A stretch of DNA of 64,000 nucleotides from Vicugna vicugna (Eukaryota): positions 5,085,050 through 5,149,049 of the forward strand of contig MU058781.1 in assembly GCA_013265495.1 (NCBI GenBank), written 5' to 3'. Made by a program: the position numbers and the translations under genes. Of this stretch, positions 26,701-40,573 are shown in pieces (position 1 is the first letter of the stretch; every line of letters begins with the position of its first letter). A model generated the notes under the pieces. It made no database searches. It saw only the letters and a list, made by a program, of their open reading frames with translations, and was not told the origin of the DNA.

Positions 26701-28467
26701 AACACCTTTTGTTTCCCTGCAATCTATAAAGGAAAAACAAAGGCAAAAGCAATGTTCAAAAACTAAGAAACTGTTGCAATATGTTTGATTTTTTCCTCCA
26801 CTAATAACTTGGAAAAGCAGTTACTTTTTTCTCCTTATTATATGCTACTCATGCTTTTGAAATATTAGCAAAACACTCAAGAGGAAAGGATTTTTTATTA
26901 AAATCAGTACTTAAAAAAGAACTAGACATGATACAATAATCATTTAGGGTTTGTTCAAATTTAAGGGCTTTAATTGGCCTGTGGGTGAGTTAGATGTGCT
27001 ATTAAACATTGTGCATAATTAGGGACGTGTGTATAAACAAGATATTTCAGTATAAATTGAATCATTCTATCTGGTAATACATAACACTACCTAACCTTTT
27101 TGCAAACTGCTGGTCTCTCCTTTTTCTGGAAATATTGTCATACAAAAAAAAAAAAAAGCCTCTGTACTGAGATGCAAGCAAAGTTGACATTTTGCATAAT
27201 CTGTGTCCCTGCCTGTCTTTTAATATTAACTTGATTCTTTTTTCTTCTCCTAACATGATATAACAGGATGCTAGCAGACTAAGAGCAAGAATGAGAGGGA
27301 AAAGACCATTTTATGAGGATTTCAAATCTTATTTTAAACCACTGATGAAAAATAATGCACACGAGTTGTGGTTTACAAATTGATTAAGAATAATGATAGC
27401 CATGATAATACATTCTATCAGACAATCATTTAACACTGCCTTCAACAAACTGGCCATGGACTTAATCATACAGCTGCAGTCAGTCTAACAGTTATCTGGC
27501 CAAAACAAGTCTGTTAAATTATAGTCATAATAGGAATAAGCCTTTATACCTTTTATCTTGAGGGCAAGTTATTTTTTTCTTAAAAACCACCAAACATCAC
27601 ACACAGAAACAAGTAAATTGTAAATGTATACTGGAAAATCTTTAACCATTCAGTAAATCTGAAAGTTAATACTAGCTTATATATGAAACATAATAAGCAA
27701 AATTCAAAGTCTTCTTGGTTACTGAAATTCTGAGAATAGTGATTTCACTACCTTATTGCTAACGAGTAACTGAAAAATGACAAATTGGAAGCACTCTGAG
27801 ATGCTGAAAAGTTTGCAGTTTTCCCTGTTTTTCACTCATGTTTCTCCATGACCAGTAAGGGTCAACATGGCCAAGAATTAATCTTCAGTGCCCCACCTGC
27901 AAAAGTTTCCTAAAATTAAAAAGCAATGCTGGGCACTTTAAGCATCTCAGAATATAGTTCATCAAAGCTTCTAATTATACAGATGGAGAAACTAAGCCTG
28001 AAGTAAAGAGACTTATTCAAGGTTACAAGATGGGGGCAGAGCAGGACCCAGCACCGACACCTCGCAGGAGGTTCAGGTGGCTCCTGGGTCAGCTGCAGGG
28101 ACACACCTCTGCCTTTACCACCACAGTTCTCCATGTGGCTCAGACTGCACAACAGAAATCAGAATCTTCCCAAACTACAATTCTCAACAACTTCAAAGTT
28201 AGCCCCATGCCATCCAAACATGTTACTTATGATGGTCATTAGCAGAAACTTGCACTTGGTACATGTGCTACAGCTAAAAAAGAATATCAAAACCACTTGT
28301 GATTAAATAAAATTTACAGAACCAGTATTAAGCAAACTCTTATTTTTTGATGTAAACTGCTTGTTTTAAAGAAAATGGAACGCATTCTTTCATCATCATC
28401 AAGAGAGAACATCTGACATCAATTAACTCTCATCTACTTTAAAGTGAAGAATTAAACACAAAATTAC

Positions 28468-28490
28468 CTTTGAAGGTTTCAAGTTCCTTC
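28468..28490 (-). CDS. DTNBP1: DTNBP1 coding microexon 7 (23 nt, phase 2-1): (R)KELETFK(A)
   Basis: Minus strand reads long T-tract + ctacag|GAAGGAACTTGAAACCTTCAAAG|gtaatt. The frame continues from exon 6. Confidence 0.93.
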
Positions 28491-30399
28491 CTGTAGAAAA
28501 AAAAAAAAGAAAATGTAAATTTATTAATCTATTCCCAGTGGAAACTGCTCTTAGATTACAATCAAATTTTATGTACTTTAAATGCCCAGAGTGGTATTCC
28601 TGGATGCTCACATGTCAATTATGCTTTACTGAAATTACCAATACAATTAGCCTAAAGCCACTATTTTCAATTGTTCTGCTATTACCCTATTAATGGCACC
28701 AAAAAAATTCTACAAAAACTTAAACTATTAAAACAATGAAACACTTATAAGAAAACACAGCATTTTAATGTCAGCTATGAATCTTCTAGTATATATAAGA
28801 ATCAGTTTATAAAACCTCTTAACAATTTTTTCCTCTTTTGATAAATATAGTATTTTAAGATCTTTAATTAACTATCCAGAATAAGAGCAGTTATTTCCCC
28901 TTCTAAATGAAAGGGGAAAGTATATATCAAAGGGTTGAAGTCCACAGCTCATCCTGACACAAAGGGCCAAGCCTCCAGGAAATTCTCTGGTTTGTAATTT
29001 TGTCAGTGTCAATTAAGGATGCTGAAACACAAAGTTTCCTGGGGAAACGTACAGCCGGAGAAAACAGATGACCAATCATAAAACATTTTTGACAAAGATG
29101 TCAGTAGCAAGTTTTTTTCAGGTTTTCCTTCATAGTTTTCTAATTATATTTTCCTCATTATCAGTACTAATAAAGAGTAATTTTGAGGAGGTAAGTTTAT
29201 TCAGGGAAGTTTGTCATCCTACTCAAAATATGAGATACTTACCTCTTACTTACACGCTAGGTTTTACTAAAAATCTAGAGCTATTTTTAATTCTCAAATC
29301 AGTATCCCACATTGCTAATTACAATACCCTTCATGTTCCAAAACGGTTGACTACAACGAACAGCTGGCCGGGGGAACTGCCCCGGGTGGGCAAGCTGCCC
29401 ACCGAAAGGCCAAGCAGATCATATCCTTGTAACAGCCAAGCAAAGGTTCTTAAATCACATGGTTATCTCGTCCCTTTCTTTCCTAAAACTACTGACTCAT
29501 GACAATAATGCTCCGGCACCAGAGTTCATTAACTAAGAAAAAGAATGTAATTTTCATTTCTACCTTTAAAAAAAAAAAAGGTGCAGTTGTGTCCCTTCAG
29601 CCAACAGTGAAACTTCATTCTTAAAAAGATTAGGTACAAAGTAAACATGCCTAAAACCTACTTTATAGTCCAGTTACGGGATGAAAGCGGAAACAGGCTT
29701 AACAGAAAGGCGGCATGTACTGTAAGAGAACGTCTTGAGGAGATGCTTTCAATTTACTTCTTACTGACGCCCTCACATTTGCAATTCCCTAAAGCCACCA
29801 ATCGGTGGAAAAGGTGACGGAACAGTCAGTTCAACATTCTAATGAGTAATTCTTTTTTCTCTGATTATAACCTTTAAAAAGTGTCTGCCTTCCGTCTTTT
29901 AGATATGTAGCAGTGAGCAAAATTTCAAAGAGGCATCTTGTTTAAACAGCAAAATGCGGAGTAATGATTTCACAGATGTTCTTCCCCACTCCTGCCCTCA
30001 AATACCAACAACCATAAAGCAAAGAAGCCAGTGTCATCGCCCAGTGGAGGGAACCTTCCATGGGAGTTACCTTGCCTACCTTCCAACCTTCTGGCTGCCT
30101 CATCAAAGCAACAGGAAGCTGCTATGAGAAAAGAGGGGAGGCAAGCGGGGCACTCCTTCTAGGCACCTCTGTTTACAGAACACCATGACGTACGGCTGTT
30201 CATCAGACTTCCAAGAAACGTCCTTTCAGACAGTAAATCATTCCTATACCCAATTCCTGAAAAAGGAGACTGGCTGAGGAAGTGGTGGCACAGACAACTG
30301 TGGCTTAAAGTAAAAATCAGTACTATGGGACTTTTCAAAAACTGATCAAGGAAAGCAGTAGCGCTGAAAGCCTTGAAATGTCCTAATTTTTAGGGCTGA

Positions 30400-31760
30400 C
30401 TCTACAAGGTCAGAGGTCACAGCACTGGGACATACAGAGGATGTAAGAGAAGGGAAGGAAAGGTGCGTCAAGCAGAGATACCACGGAGATACCAAGAGAA
30501 AGCATGGAGGCCACGCGGTGCGAGTTATCTCTAGGAAAGAGCAAATACTTCAGAACCGCAGGCTGAATGAAGACAAAGTAGGGGAAGATAAGGTTAAAGA
30601 GGTAGAGGGTTCTGAGTGCCAGGCTAAAGCATGTGGTTTTATTTTTAGCAGGAGAATAACATGCTCAAAGCCATGCTTTGGGAAGGCCCTTCTAGCTGTG
30701 ATGGATAGATGTACTGACAAGGGGGAGAAGAAAGCGGGGAGTCCTTAGGAAACTATTAGAAGAGTTTGAAGAAGAGCTGACTGGTGCCTGGCAAGAGCAA
30801 CATAAGTCGCAATGGCCATGAAGAGAGGGAGTCCAACTTGAAAAACGCCAAGACGACTCAACAGTCCATGAAACTGGTGACATGGGGATAAGCGCAGGGG
30901 AGGAAGGTCACGAGCACATTAGCCATGAGGGCTCCGGTATGGATCACTAGGAGGAAAGTGAACTCATTAACAGAAAACATAGGAAGAGGAGCAGATTTGG
31001 GAGGGCAGTGTATGAGTTCAGTTTGGGACTTAGTGAAATAATTTGGAAAGTCGGAAACCTGAGGCTGGTGATGCTGAAAGACATGATTCCTGTCCCCTGC
31101 ATCCCACTCAAGGGTTTAGCTCCCTACAGATTTCTAATCCCCCACTTCCCATTCAGTCGGGAACCTATTCCAGTTTGGCTTCCACTTCCCACCACTGCAC
31201 AATGAAGGTCACTGACAATCAGCATGTTGCCCAAGGCAATGCCCACTCTCACCTTTCATCCAAATCCCTCAGCAGCACTTGACTAAACTGGCGATTCCTT
31301 GAGAAAGTTTTTCTCCTGCTTTTCTCCTCCCTCAGTGTCTTTTGCTACTTCTCCAGACCACTAGATGCTGGAGTTCTGCCAACTGGGTCCTGGGTCCTCT
31401 TCTCTCCTTAATGTACACGCTGTCACAGGGCGATTCATCCAGCTACGTAGCCTCAGATACCATCCATACACTGACTTCCTGATTTATATGTCCCGTCTTG
31501 ATCTCTTCTTTGAGGTCCAGACTCGTATGCAACCGCATATTTGAAAGCTCTGCTGGGAAGTGGAGAGGGCTTCTCCACACCTGTGAAACACAGCCTGTTC
31601 TTCCTTCAGTCTCCCTCACCTCAATTCGTGGCATTACCAAGTTCCTCAAGCTTTGGTTTATCCATTTCCCTCCTTCTCCACATCCAGTCCATCAATAAAT
31701 CCTGTTAATTCTACCTCAAAACCTATCCTGAATCCATTCATTTCTCCCCATCATCACTAC
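30400..31760. mobile_element. LINE-2 remnants in both orientations (purine-rich ~30400-31080, pyrimidine-rich ~31090-31760)
   Basis: L2-like motifs gaggagcagatttgggagg...gagttcagtttggga and atctcttctttgaggtccagactcgtatgcaaccgcatattt. Confidence 0.55.
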
Positions 31761-33964
31761 TGTCGTGATGATAAATATCATGCCTTGCATAATATCCATT
31801 TTCTTACACTGAATGTAATCTTTCAGTTCGATCATTCATTCAACAAAAAAATGTATTGAGCACTAGAAATAACACTAGGTTTGGGACATATACATCCCAT
31901 CACCTCAAGGAACTTGAGTGAAAGAGACAGAGAAGTAAAGTAGCAATCAGAAATCTAGGTGATAGATTAGTGCTCTTATAATGCCATGCTGAGGATTCTC
32001 CAGGAATACAGAGGGAGCAACGCATACACCGTGGTTTGACAGGAAAGGCTTCTTGGAGGAGCCAGGATTGATTTGAGTTTTGAAGCTAAGTGTAACTGAT
32101 GACAATAGGTAACATTTATTGAGGACATGGAAAGATATTTTACTCGTAACCATTATGTCATACTCTTGGCTAGCCAAATGAAAAAGCATGGGTAAGCAGG
32201 AGTTTAAGTTCTGACCACTCTCCAAACTATTAGAAATGGCAATGACACTAATCAGTGTAAAACAGTATCCGAGTTCATCTTCTCCATGAAGACATCCTTC
32301 ACGTTCAAATGGCGAGCTCCCCTTATCTCAACTCCTATGGCATCAACTCCATCAGTGTTACAACACCTCGAGCACTGCCCTGTAATGCAGTGACTTCCAC
32401 ACAGGTATCACCTCTACAAGCACGCTGCAGAGGTCCGGGAGTGCAGAGATCAAGTCTCATCCGTCCTGATCACACAGGTGCACAGGGTCAGACCCAACAG
32501 ACACCCAGCAAGTTGTGATTATCAAGTACTGTGGCTTGATAGCTGCTTCTTCAAAGAAGCCCCTGCTGTAACGATGGGATTCTATTCTTGATAAAACAGT
32601 TTGGTCACATGGTACTTCATCTGCTAGCAACTAGTTTGCCTCCTGCAATTTCATAAATTTGAGTCTCTGCTTTTCCAAAGTGTAATAATATTTTCAGAAG
32701 ATCAAATAAGTAGAAAGAATTGAAATGCTCTCCTTTAGATTTTATTGTATTTTAAATTTTACTCAATTCAGCAAATGCCATCCAAAAATTTAGCATAACA
32801 AACCCTGAAACTAAAACATTCAACAAATAACAGCAGACTCAAAATCTAATAATATTTCCAAAGGGTGAAACTACTATGTAATCACTTTCTCTACAGGTAC
32901 TGAGTTACGAGGGCAGAATAAAAACAAAAGAAGCATTACATAAATAAATAAATTTATGGAATGTTGCAAGAAGTATATTAAATCTGTATATGTACAGAAA
33001 TCAACTAAAATCAGAGCCACAGATGCAGACTTAATAGATTGGAACCACTGGATAAGTATCTCCATAAACAAAATCATCTCACAGATGGAAGCACACTTTC
33101 TCTAAACACAACAACTACTTCCCTAGGACAAATCCAAAATAAAAACCTAACACGATGATTCTATATTGCAAAACACCACATTCAAAATGCCAACTGCAAA
33201 ATCAACTCTAACGTTTTTCTTCATATTTGAAAACGCTTAGGGTAAAAATTTTTTAAAATGTGATTAGCGATACTTTTTTGTATTGAACACACGTGAAGAG
33301 CATCCCTTTGTTACGGCTCGTGGACAGGAAAGATCACAGGAAAGGTATCACAAGACCTCTTTCGAAAAGGACCATTAATACCAAATTTTTTCTTAGCATT
33401 CTACAGTCATGAAAACACGTACCCTTACGGGCTTTGTGAGTCTGTGGTTAAGAGGGTAGCGGTGGATGGGGTGAGGGTTGTAGGAGAGAGCTGGCCTACC
33501 TGCTTGAGGTAATATTCTCAAAATTGTATCTGAGAAGTCCCTGTTGTCATTTACTCCACACACAGATTCTGCGGAGGGGGATGTGTTACAGAACAAGGTA
33601 TTTTTAATATGCAGAACCAGAGAAGGCAATAACCAAGAACAGAATCCAAGAGAATACCAGAACTAAAGCATCTACCATGGCAACTAAATACTAACCTACC
33701 GCAGAGAAGAAAATTTAGGATTCGAGTGTTATAAAAGTCAAAAACGTACAGTTTCAAGAGGTCAAGGAAACAAACACTGATTTGTCAATGGGCTCAATTC
33801 CCTAAAAAGCTAAGAAGAAAAATACAGGATAAATATTTAAAGTACATCATGGACTTGGTCTCTATCGGTGTCTTAATATTACACGATCTTTATACGGTCC
33901 TTCTCTGTGAACAATTTTAACTCAGTGAGCCATGCATCTCGTCCATTCACAAGCAACCGGTCAG

Positions 33965-34650
33965 AATGATTTACCTTGTTGGGTACTAGATATTTTGTAC
34001 TCCTACACATATTCTTGAGCTTTCTTTTGGGACACAGTTAATTTATTTGGAAATAGTGTGATCTTTCGGATGCTTGCGTTTACCATTTGTTAAGCAGGTC
34101 TGCAGCAGGGCTCGGTCGAGGGCTAAGTACACCCTGGCTGAGGGATGACTTTCCTGAGTGATCTTCCCAATGCCCCATTAACTCTAAACTTTTTCAGTCT
34201 AGCTGTTGGGCGCAGGCCCTGTGTGAGCACCAGGCACTGCTGAGTCATCCTTTCAGATGAGTTTTATCTCCTGCCTTGGGCACTTTCCTCATATGCATTA
34301 TCAGACCTCTGCTGAATATTCAAGGGGAGCGCTCTGCAGACTTTCAGGACTCTCTCCTCTCTGGTATGAGTCCTGTAAACTCTAGCTGCCTGGGTCCCCA
34401 GACTCTCAACTCTGTGTCTTCAACTCAGAAAGTCTGCCAGGCTCTACCTGGCTTTCCCCTCCCAACCGGAAAACTCCCAAAGCAGAATGCCGGGGCAATC
34501 ACAGGGCTTGGCTCATCTGTTTCCATCTATCAAGGGTCACCTCTCTTCTTGGCCCAATGTCCAGTGTCTTAAAAACTCATTATTTCATTTATTTTGGTTT
34601 TTGGTTGTATCTGGGGGAGAGTGAATCTGGTCCCTGTTACTCCACCTTGG
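33965..34650 (-). mobile_element. Old L1M 5'-region fragment
   Basis: Resembles recalled L1M 5' ends in reverse (gggagagtgaatctggtccctgttactccaccttgg). Family assignment is tentative. Confidence 0.5.
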
Positions 34651-36799
34651 GAGGACCCTTTATGTAAATGAAGTGTGTGAGCGGAAGCTCTCCTGATCCA
34701 CTTTCCATTCAGCATCCAAACGGACCTCTGTGCACAACCTCAGGAGCTAGTTTCTGCCTATCTCCCTTGGACGAGGTACCTTCACTTTTGCTTCCAGAGC
34801 CACCTTCACCAAGGAGAATGCCACTGGTTTCTCCAGTTCTATTCTCTGCAAAGCTAGGCCTGTGGCCACACTCTTGCCAAACCTCCCAGCACCACGATTC
34901 CCAACCTCCTGAAGTGGAAGTACAGGTCAGACCTATGGCCCATTACCTGTCCAGGTTAGTTTGGACACGACTTCCTGAAGCCCAGGAATTTGGGGGGTTA
35001 TTCTCTAGGACATAAACTGGTCAAATTCTACTAAAGATATGCCATAACATCTTAAATCTGTTATGCCTTGCTTTCAAGATTTTCTAAACTTTGTCCATAG
35101 TCAACGTTAACAAAAAAAAAACAAAAACAAAAACAAACACAAACAAAAAGAAGAGCAAAATTCCTTAACATTAGCTACAATACACAAAGCAAAAGGAATA
35201 CAGACTTAAAATATGCCTGAGCACTAAACCTTATCAATAGAAGCAGTGACCTCCACTCACTGGAGAGTTTCTAAGGGATAACAATTAAGCTTCAAAGTCT
35301 AAACGAATCAGTGAAAAATGCTTCTGGAGCTTAGTGTGCCCCTAAGCAGATTTCAAGTCCAATGGAAGACTGTGCTAAAATTATGAGTCATTTATAATTG
35401 AACAGAATTACTAAAATCACTCTGTTCTTCAAGATGTAGCTATTTTCAGAGAAATTATGATGGTATGCTGCATACTGAAGGGGAAAACAAAGGATCCAGA
35501 AGTCTGAAAGTAAAAAATACTTTAAATTACTCATGTATGTATGATTTTAAGTATAATACGATTATTATGAAAGAATCTCAATAAGCATTCTAAGGAATAT
35601 TATGGCGGTACTGGAAAGATTAAGAACTTAGAAGGCTAGAAATGTACATTTCTTTTTAGCTCTGCTTCTTCACTCTCCTAAACTTACCTGTCAGTCTCTG
35701 CACCTGTTGTCCCTGTCAGAAGTGTGTCATCCTCTGTCCTCCTGGGGCTGCCTCCTCGTTCAGGTCTTTCTCACCTGTCCTCCAAGAAGAGCCTTCCCTG
35801 CTCACCCCAGCTAAGGCAGCCCTCCCCACCACTGTAACATCACCCTGTCTTATATTCTTCAAAGCCTATATAGTTGTCAAAAATTATCCTGTTATAAAAT
35901 CATGTACACATTTATCATCTATTTCCCCCACACCTGTGACTACAAATGCAAGTGGACTCCCACATCTCAAGTCCATCCCTCTAACTGCTAGCTAGACAAA
36001 CCATGTAAATGGTTTCGCGTTCTTTATCTTGGCTCATATACTGCACATTAACTCTTCTTACCAGACAAGAAATATATTTCCTATTGGTTATGAAAGCCTA
36101 TGCAAGGCATCCAGGAGTTACACTTGTACGGCTGACTCATCTTCTGAACTGACAATGTAGCTACTGGGACTGGCACTTGTCTTCTGCCTATAGCCATATT
36201 CAATCCACTGCACAATTTTTTACCATTTAGCAAAGCAGTGGCCATTCCTGTACATAAAAGGTCAGTAATAGTAGTGCCAGTTTATATGCAGAAGAGTTAT
36301 CGGAAAACTATGTATGGGTATTTCCCCCCATAACTATGCAGTTGCTTATATGTCCCTTTCATTAGATAACGAGCTAAAGAAGGATGTCCTTCAATGCAGA
36401 AACACTTAGGTTACACCATTAAATGTTTCTCAAGGGCAGGTAAAAGCGATCGGAATCACACTTAGGACTGTTCTAAACCTATGCGTTTCCCTCTGCCCAC
36501 AGTGAGCATCCCTGCCACGGCAAGCCACATCATTGTGGGGAATGGGTCGCAGCCCTCCTTTCACAGGAGGCAGAGATTTATTCTCTGTACTGGGAATGCC
36601 TATCAAATATATGACAAAATATCATATTCATTCTCAACTAGAGCTGCAATGATAACATCTGGGACTGATTCAGCTTGTTCCAACTCAATAGTCAAAAAAA
36701 AGACAACCTTGGCTTTGATGCTGGCTCCTAAGCAGCTACACGTTTTCATGTAACTCAGCCTCCTCCTCAGCTCTAATGACAGCTGGTTCCACAGTCCGT

Positions 36800-36828
<29 letters not shown>
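36800..36828 (+). repeat. (CA)14 microsatellite
   Basis: Read directly from the sequence. Confidence 0.95.
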
Positions 36829-36830
<2 letters not shown>

Positions 36831-37279
36831 GTACAGCCAACCTGTGTAGGATTTCAGTAAAGCTACGTAACTGCATTCAATCCACTGTGTTAAATGAAAG
36901 TTCTTTATCAATCAAAACTATTTTGGTGTCATTATACTAGCCTTCATACTATGCCCAGTTTTGATAACCTCTAGATTGAATAAAAGCAGCTTAAAATGTA
37001 ACATTTCTGAATAGTAAATATTCTACCTGCTTTATTTTTGAAAAGATATTTTTTGATCAATCTACATCTGACTGAATAAAACTGCTCTACTTTCTCAGTA
37101 TTGCCAATTCTATTTATACTACAACTGACTGTTAATCAGCCACACATATGCATACAGACATACAAGTCTGTGTACAGACTGACTAAACAAATGGATTCCA
37201 AAGGTTTCTTTGAAGAGGATACTTCAGCCTTTTATATGCTGAATAAACTAGGTTAAGAATTTCAGAAAGACTGTGCATA

Positions 37280-37558
37280 TCCAGTTAACTAATATTTGAC
37301 AAGGGAGCCAAGAATCTTCAATAGAGAAAAAAGTCCCATCAATAAATGGTGCCAGGAAAACTTAATATTCACACATAAAGACCCCTCTCTTACATCACTC
37401 ACAAAACTTAGCTCAAAATGCATTAAAGACCTAAATGTAAGACCGAAAACAATAAAACAACTAGAAGAAAATGGGAAAAAAGCTCCCGTCAAGGGTCTTG
37501 GCAACGATTTTTTGATATGACACACCTATAGTAGAAGCAACAAAATCAAAAACAAGTC
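37280..37558 (+). mobile_element. L1 ORF2 fragment
   Basis: ORF 37296..37520 (INKWCQEN...KCIKDLNVRPKTIKQLEEN...GLGNDF). Confidence 0.85.
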
Positions 37559-37693
37559 GGGGAGGATATAGCTCGCTGGTAGAGCATGTGCTTAGCATGC
37601 ATGAGGTCCTGGGTTCAATCCCTAGTACCTCCACTAAAAAAAAAAAATTTAATAAATAAACCTAATTATCTCCCCCCGCCAAAACAAACAAAA
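37559..37693 (+). mobile_element. tRNA-Ala(AGC)-derived SINE (camelid vic-1-like)
   Basis: GGGGAGGATATAGCTCGCTGGTAGAGCATGTGCTTAGCATGCATGAGGTCCTGGGTTCAATCCCTAGTACCTCCA, then an A-run, AATAAATAAACCTAATTATCTCCCCC and an A-rich tail. Pol III A and B boxes present. Confidence 0.88.
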
Positions 37694-38191
37694 CTGATAT
37701 AGCATCTTACATGAATCTCACATGGTCCTTGAGAAATAGAAAGTAAATTTTATAGTTTTTAAAAATCGATCTATCAACATGAAAAGTTTACCATTAATCT
37801 TCAGGTAATATAGATTTCAAGCTACTGATTATAAATCAGTAGTCCTCAACTAGCACACCATTTTTTCCTACATATTTCAGAGTAACAGGTACGGTCAACA
37901 AATCTGTTTATCGTATTTAAATGTATTTAAAAGGTGTAATTTTTTTTAGGAGTCTTTCACATGTTAGTCAAGAAGATTCTAGACTAAGCAAAGCTTTATG
38001 ACAGGATAAAGTATAAAGGAAAGCGAACGGCTTGACCAAGAGCACAGTTAGTAGCCGATGAAGCCAGGACTTGGGTAGACCGACTCTAATGACAGTGCTC
38101 TTTCTACTATACAGTTCCACCTCTAAAATGACAAATACTCAATCATTTCAACTATGTCAAACATGTTAAGACTTGTCCAGCACACTCCGGA

Positions 38192-38316
38192 TTTTTTTTT
38201 TTTGATGGGGGAGGTAATTAGGTTTATTTACTTATTTTTAATGTCAGTACTGGGAAACGAACCCAGGGCCTCATGCATGCTAGGCGTGCACTCTACCACT
38301 GAGCCATACTCTCCCC
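38192..38316 (-). mobile_element. tRNA-Ala-derived SINE (vic-1-like)
   Basis: Reverse complement of the same family, with a poly-T on the plus strand at 38192-38203. Confidence 0.88.
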
Positions 38317-38559
38317 ACTATGCTCCCCTCACTTTGGCTTTTACTTAAATTACAGGTAAGGATATTTTGTGAACACTAAATTAATTTTCATTTTATAACA
38401 TACAAATTATAATGTTCTAATTATATATCTAATATGTCTAAGTCACTAGGAGAGAGTGAAGAAGAGAATGACAAATAAAATTTCACAGTTCCAAATCTTA
38501 TTGCCCGTTTCCAGTTCAGGTTAGCCTAATGAAAATCATCACTATAATCACTACTTCTT

Positions 38560-38740
38560 CCAGAGCACACAGCACATCCAATAATGACTGTCTCATCTGA
38601 TCCTCACGGCGACTCTGTGAGGTGGTACGTTATCATCCTCCCTATAACCTACACATGTTGAGGTTAAGAGGTTAAATAAACTTGCCTAAGGTCGCATAAC
38701 CCACAAGCAACAAAACTGAAATCCAAGCCCATGAGCCCCT
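38560..38740 (-). mobile_element. MIR fragment
   Basis: tctcatctgatcctcacggcgactctgtgaggtgg...gaggttaaataaacttgcctaaggtcgcata. Confidence 0.65.
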
Positions 38741-39126
38741 TCCCACAGCTGGGGTTCAGGTTCCTTTTCCTCCTGCTCTGACAATAAAGGAGAAGAAAAG
38801 AAAGCAAAGGCAAGACGCAGCGCGGGACTTGTCATTTTGGAGAAAACGAGGTCAGAGGTTATAATTTCTTGGAAAGCCCTGCCCGCTGCACTGCTCCCCT
38901 CCCCTTTTATTCTACCCCTGTTAGTGTTTCAGAACTCATCTCCAAAAAACAGCAGCAGATACTGGTACCAAAAAAATAATAATAAATCATGTTTTGGAAA
39001 GCTCATTAATGAGATTTACCTGAAGCCTTTGTCTTTTATCAGAATAAACTTGTAAGTTATAGCATGTAAAGTACTCTGGAGAACTTTGATTCAAAGCAAA
39101 CACTGTGGCTAATTTTTCAAACTCAC

Positions 39127-39259
39127 CTCTTGTTTTTCTTGTAATTTTCCAGTTGCTGGGATTGCATATGTTTGTATCTTTCTAATTCACACTGTCCACA
39201 TAAATCCTCCAGATTCAGCAGGTGGTTTTCTACCTCCTCAAAACTAGCCTCTAAGTGAG
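39127..39259 (-). CDS. DTNBP1: DTNBP1 coding exon 6 (133 nt, phase 1-2): (T)[43 protein letters not shown](R)
   Basis: Minus strand reads tatactttcag|CTCACTTAGAG...AACAAGAG|gtgagt. Open frame with a dysbindin match. Confidence 0.96.
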
Positions 39260-40418
39260 CTGAAAGTATATAAGGTTAAAAGAAGAAACAAACGTCAAAA
39301 CTCAGAATCCTTGATCATGGAGAAAAGTGTCCAAAAGTTAAAAGTCTAAACTGCTGAGATTGTTTTGCATTTATTTAATATTTTTATTAAACTTTCTTGA
39401 AGCAAAATAAAATGCACTAACATTAAAACATTCTTCAAATTATCTTTCTTTGAGTATATTTTTATATTTCAAACATTTTCAAGATGTAACTTTCCAAAAT
39501 ACTTTTATTAACCAGGACGAAGGAACAGAGTATCTACATTAATCTAACGTGTGATAGCCTAATGATCCCATCCCCACACATGAACGGTCACTTGTCAAAT
39601 TATGAGAATACAGTAAAACATAATTAACACAAATGATATCGAACATAACTTGGTATTTGAGATTCCAAGTTACTTCAGCCTTTGTTTCTTCGGGGGACAT
39701 GACACACATAACTCCCCAGGGCACCACGGAGATGCACACACACTCAGGAAGCACAGGGCACTGAGCACTGGCCTTTTGCCTCTAGGCCAGAGAGGCAGCT
39801 TCACTGGAACACGGAGATCATCTAGTCAAATCCTTCATTTAAAAGATTCAAGCCAAAGCCTGCAGCACTGAATTCAGTGCCTTCGCCAAGGTCACCTAGC
39901 TAGGAGAGCACCCAGGAATCAAAATGCAGTCCTTCTTACACACAATGATTTCCAATGACAGCTGCTAAGTAGCCCAAGACTTTCTAGCTGTAGGAGTGAA
40001 GGCTGGTTGTTCTCTCAGACAACAGAAGAGGAGTCAGAGATTTTAGAACTTGGACAGCATCACAGCCATTTACTGAACACTCATCACATGTGCCAGACAC
40101 TGGGACACAAAGATGAAAAAGACAGTCCCCATGCTCAAACTGCTTAAAGTAGAGGGAAAACATATTTCAGTGATGACACAGCCTGACAGAGCTGGGCTTG
40201 AGGTGCTGTGAGAACTCAAAAGAGTGGCATCCTCAGAGATGAGGGAGAGTGAGGCTCAGCAAGAAACGTGACTCCCAAGCGTGGAAGTCACAGACGCCAG
40301 GAAGGAGCAAGCTGGCTGTGCGACCTCCCTCAGACAGACATGAGCTCTGTCTAATTCCTTCCCTTACCCATTAGGTTGTCATGTGACTTTCTAAATTAGC
40401 TTTTGTAGCAGCTACATT

Positions 40419-40573
40419 TTTTTAAATTTATTTTTTGTTGTTTTTGTTTTGGAGGGAGGTAATTAGGTTTATTTATTTACTTATTTATTTTAATGGAGGC
40501 ACTGGGGATTGAACCCAGGACCTCATGCATGCTAAGCACACACTCTATCGCTGAACTATACCCTCCCTTCACC
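40419..40573 (-). mobile_element. tRNA-Ala-derived SINE (vic-1-like) with TSD
   Basis: Same family. Flanking direct repeats TGTAGCAGCTACATT (~40404) and TGCAGCATCTACATT (~40574). Confidence 0.9.

Noticed and set aside
35682..35690. Consensus donor CAG|GTAAGT on the minus strand in intron 6
   Set aside because: It lies at the edge of L2-like sequence with no convincing upstream acceptor, and the dysbindin frame needs no extra exon.
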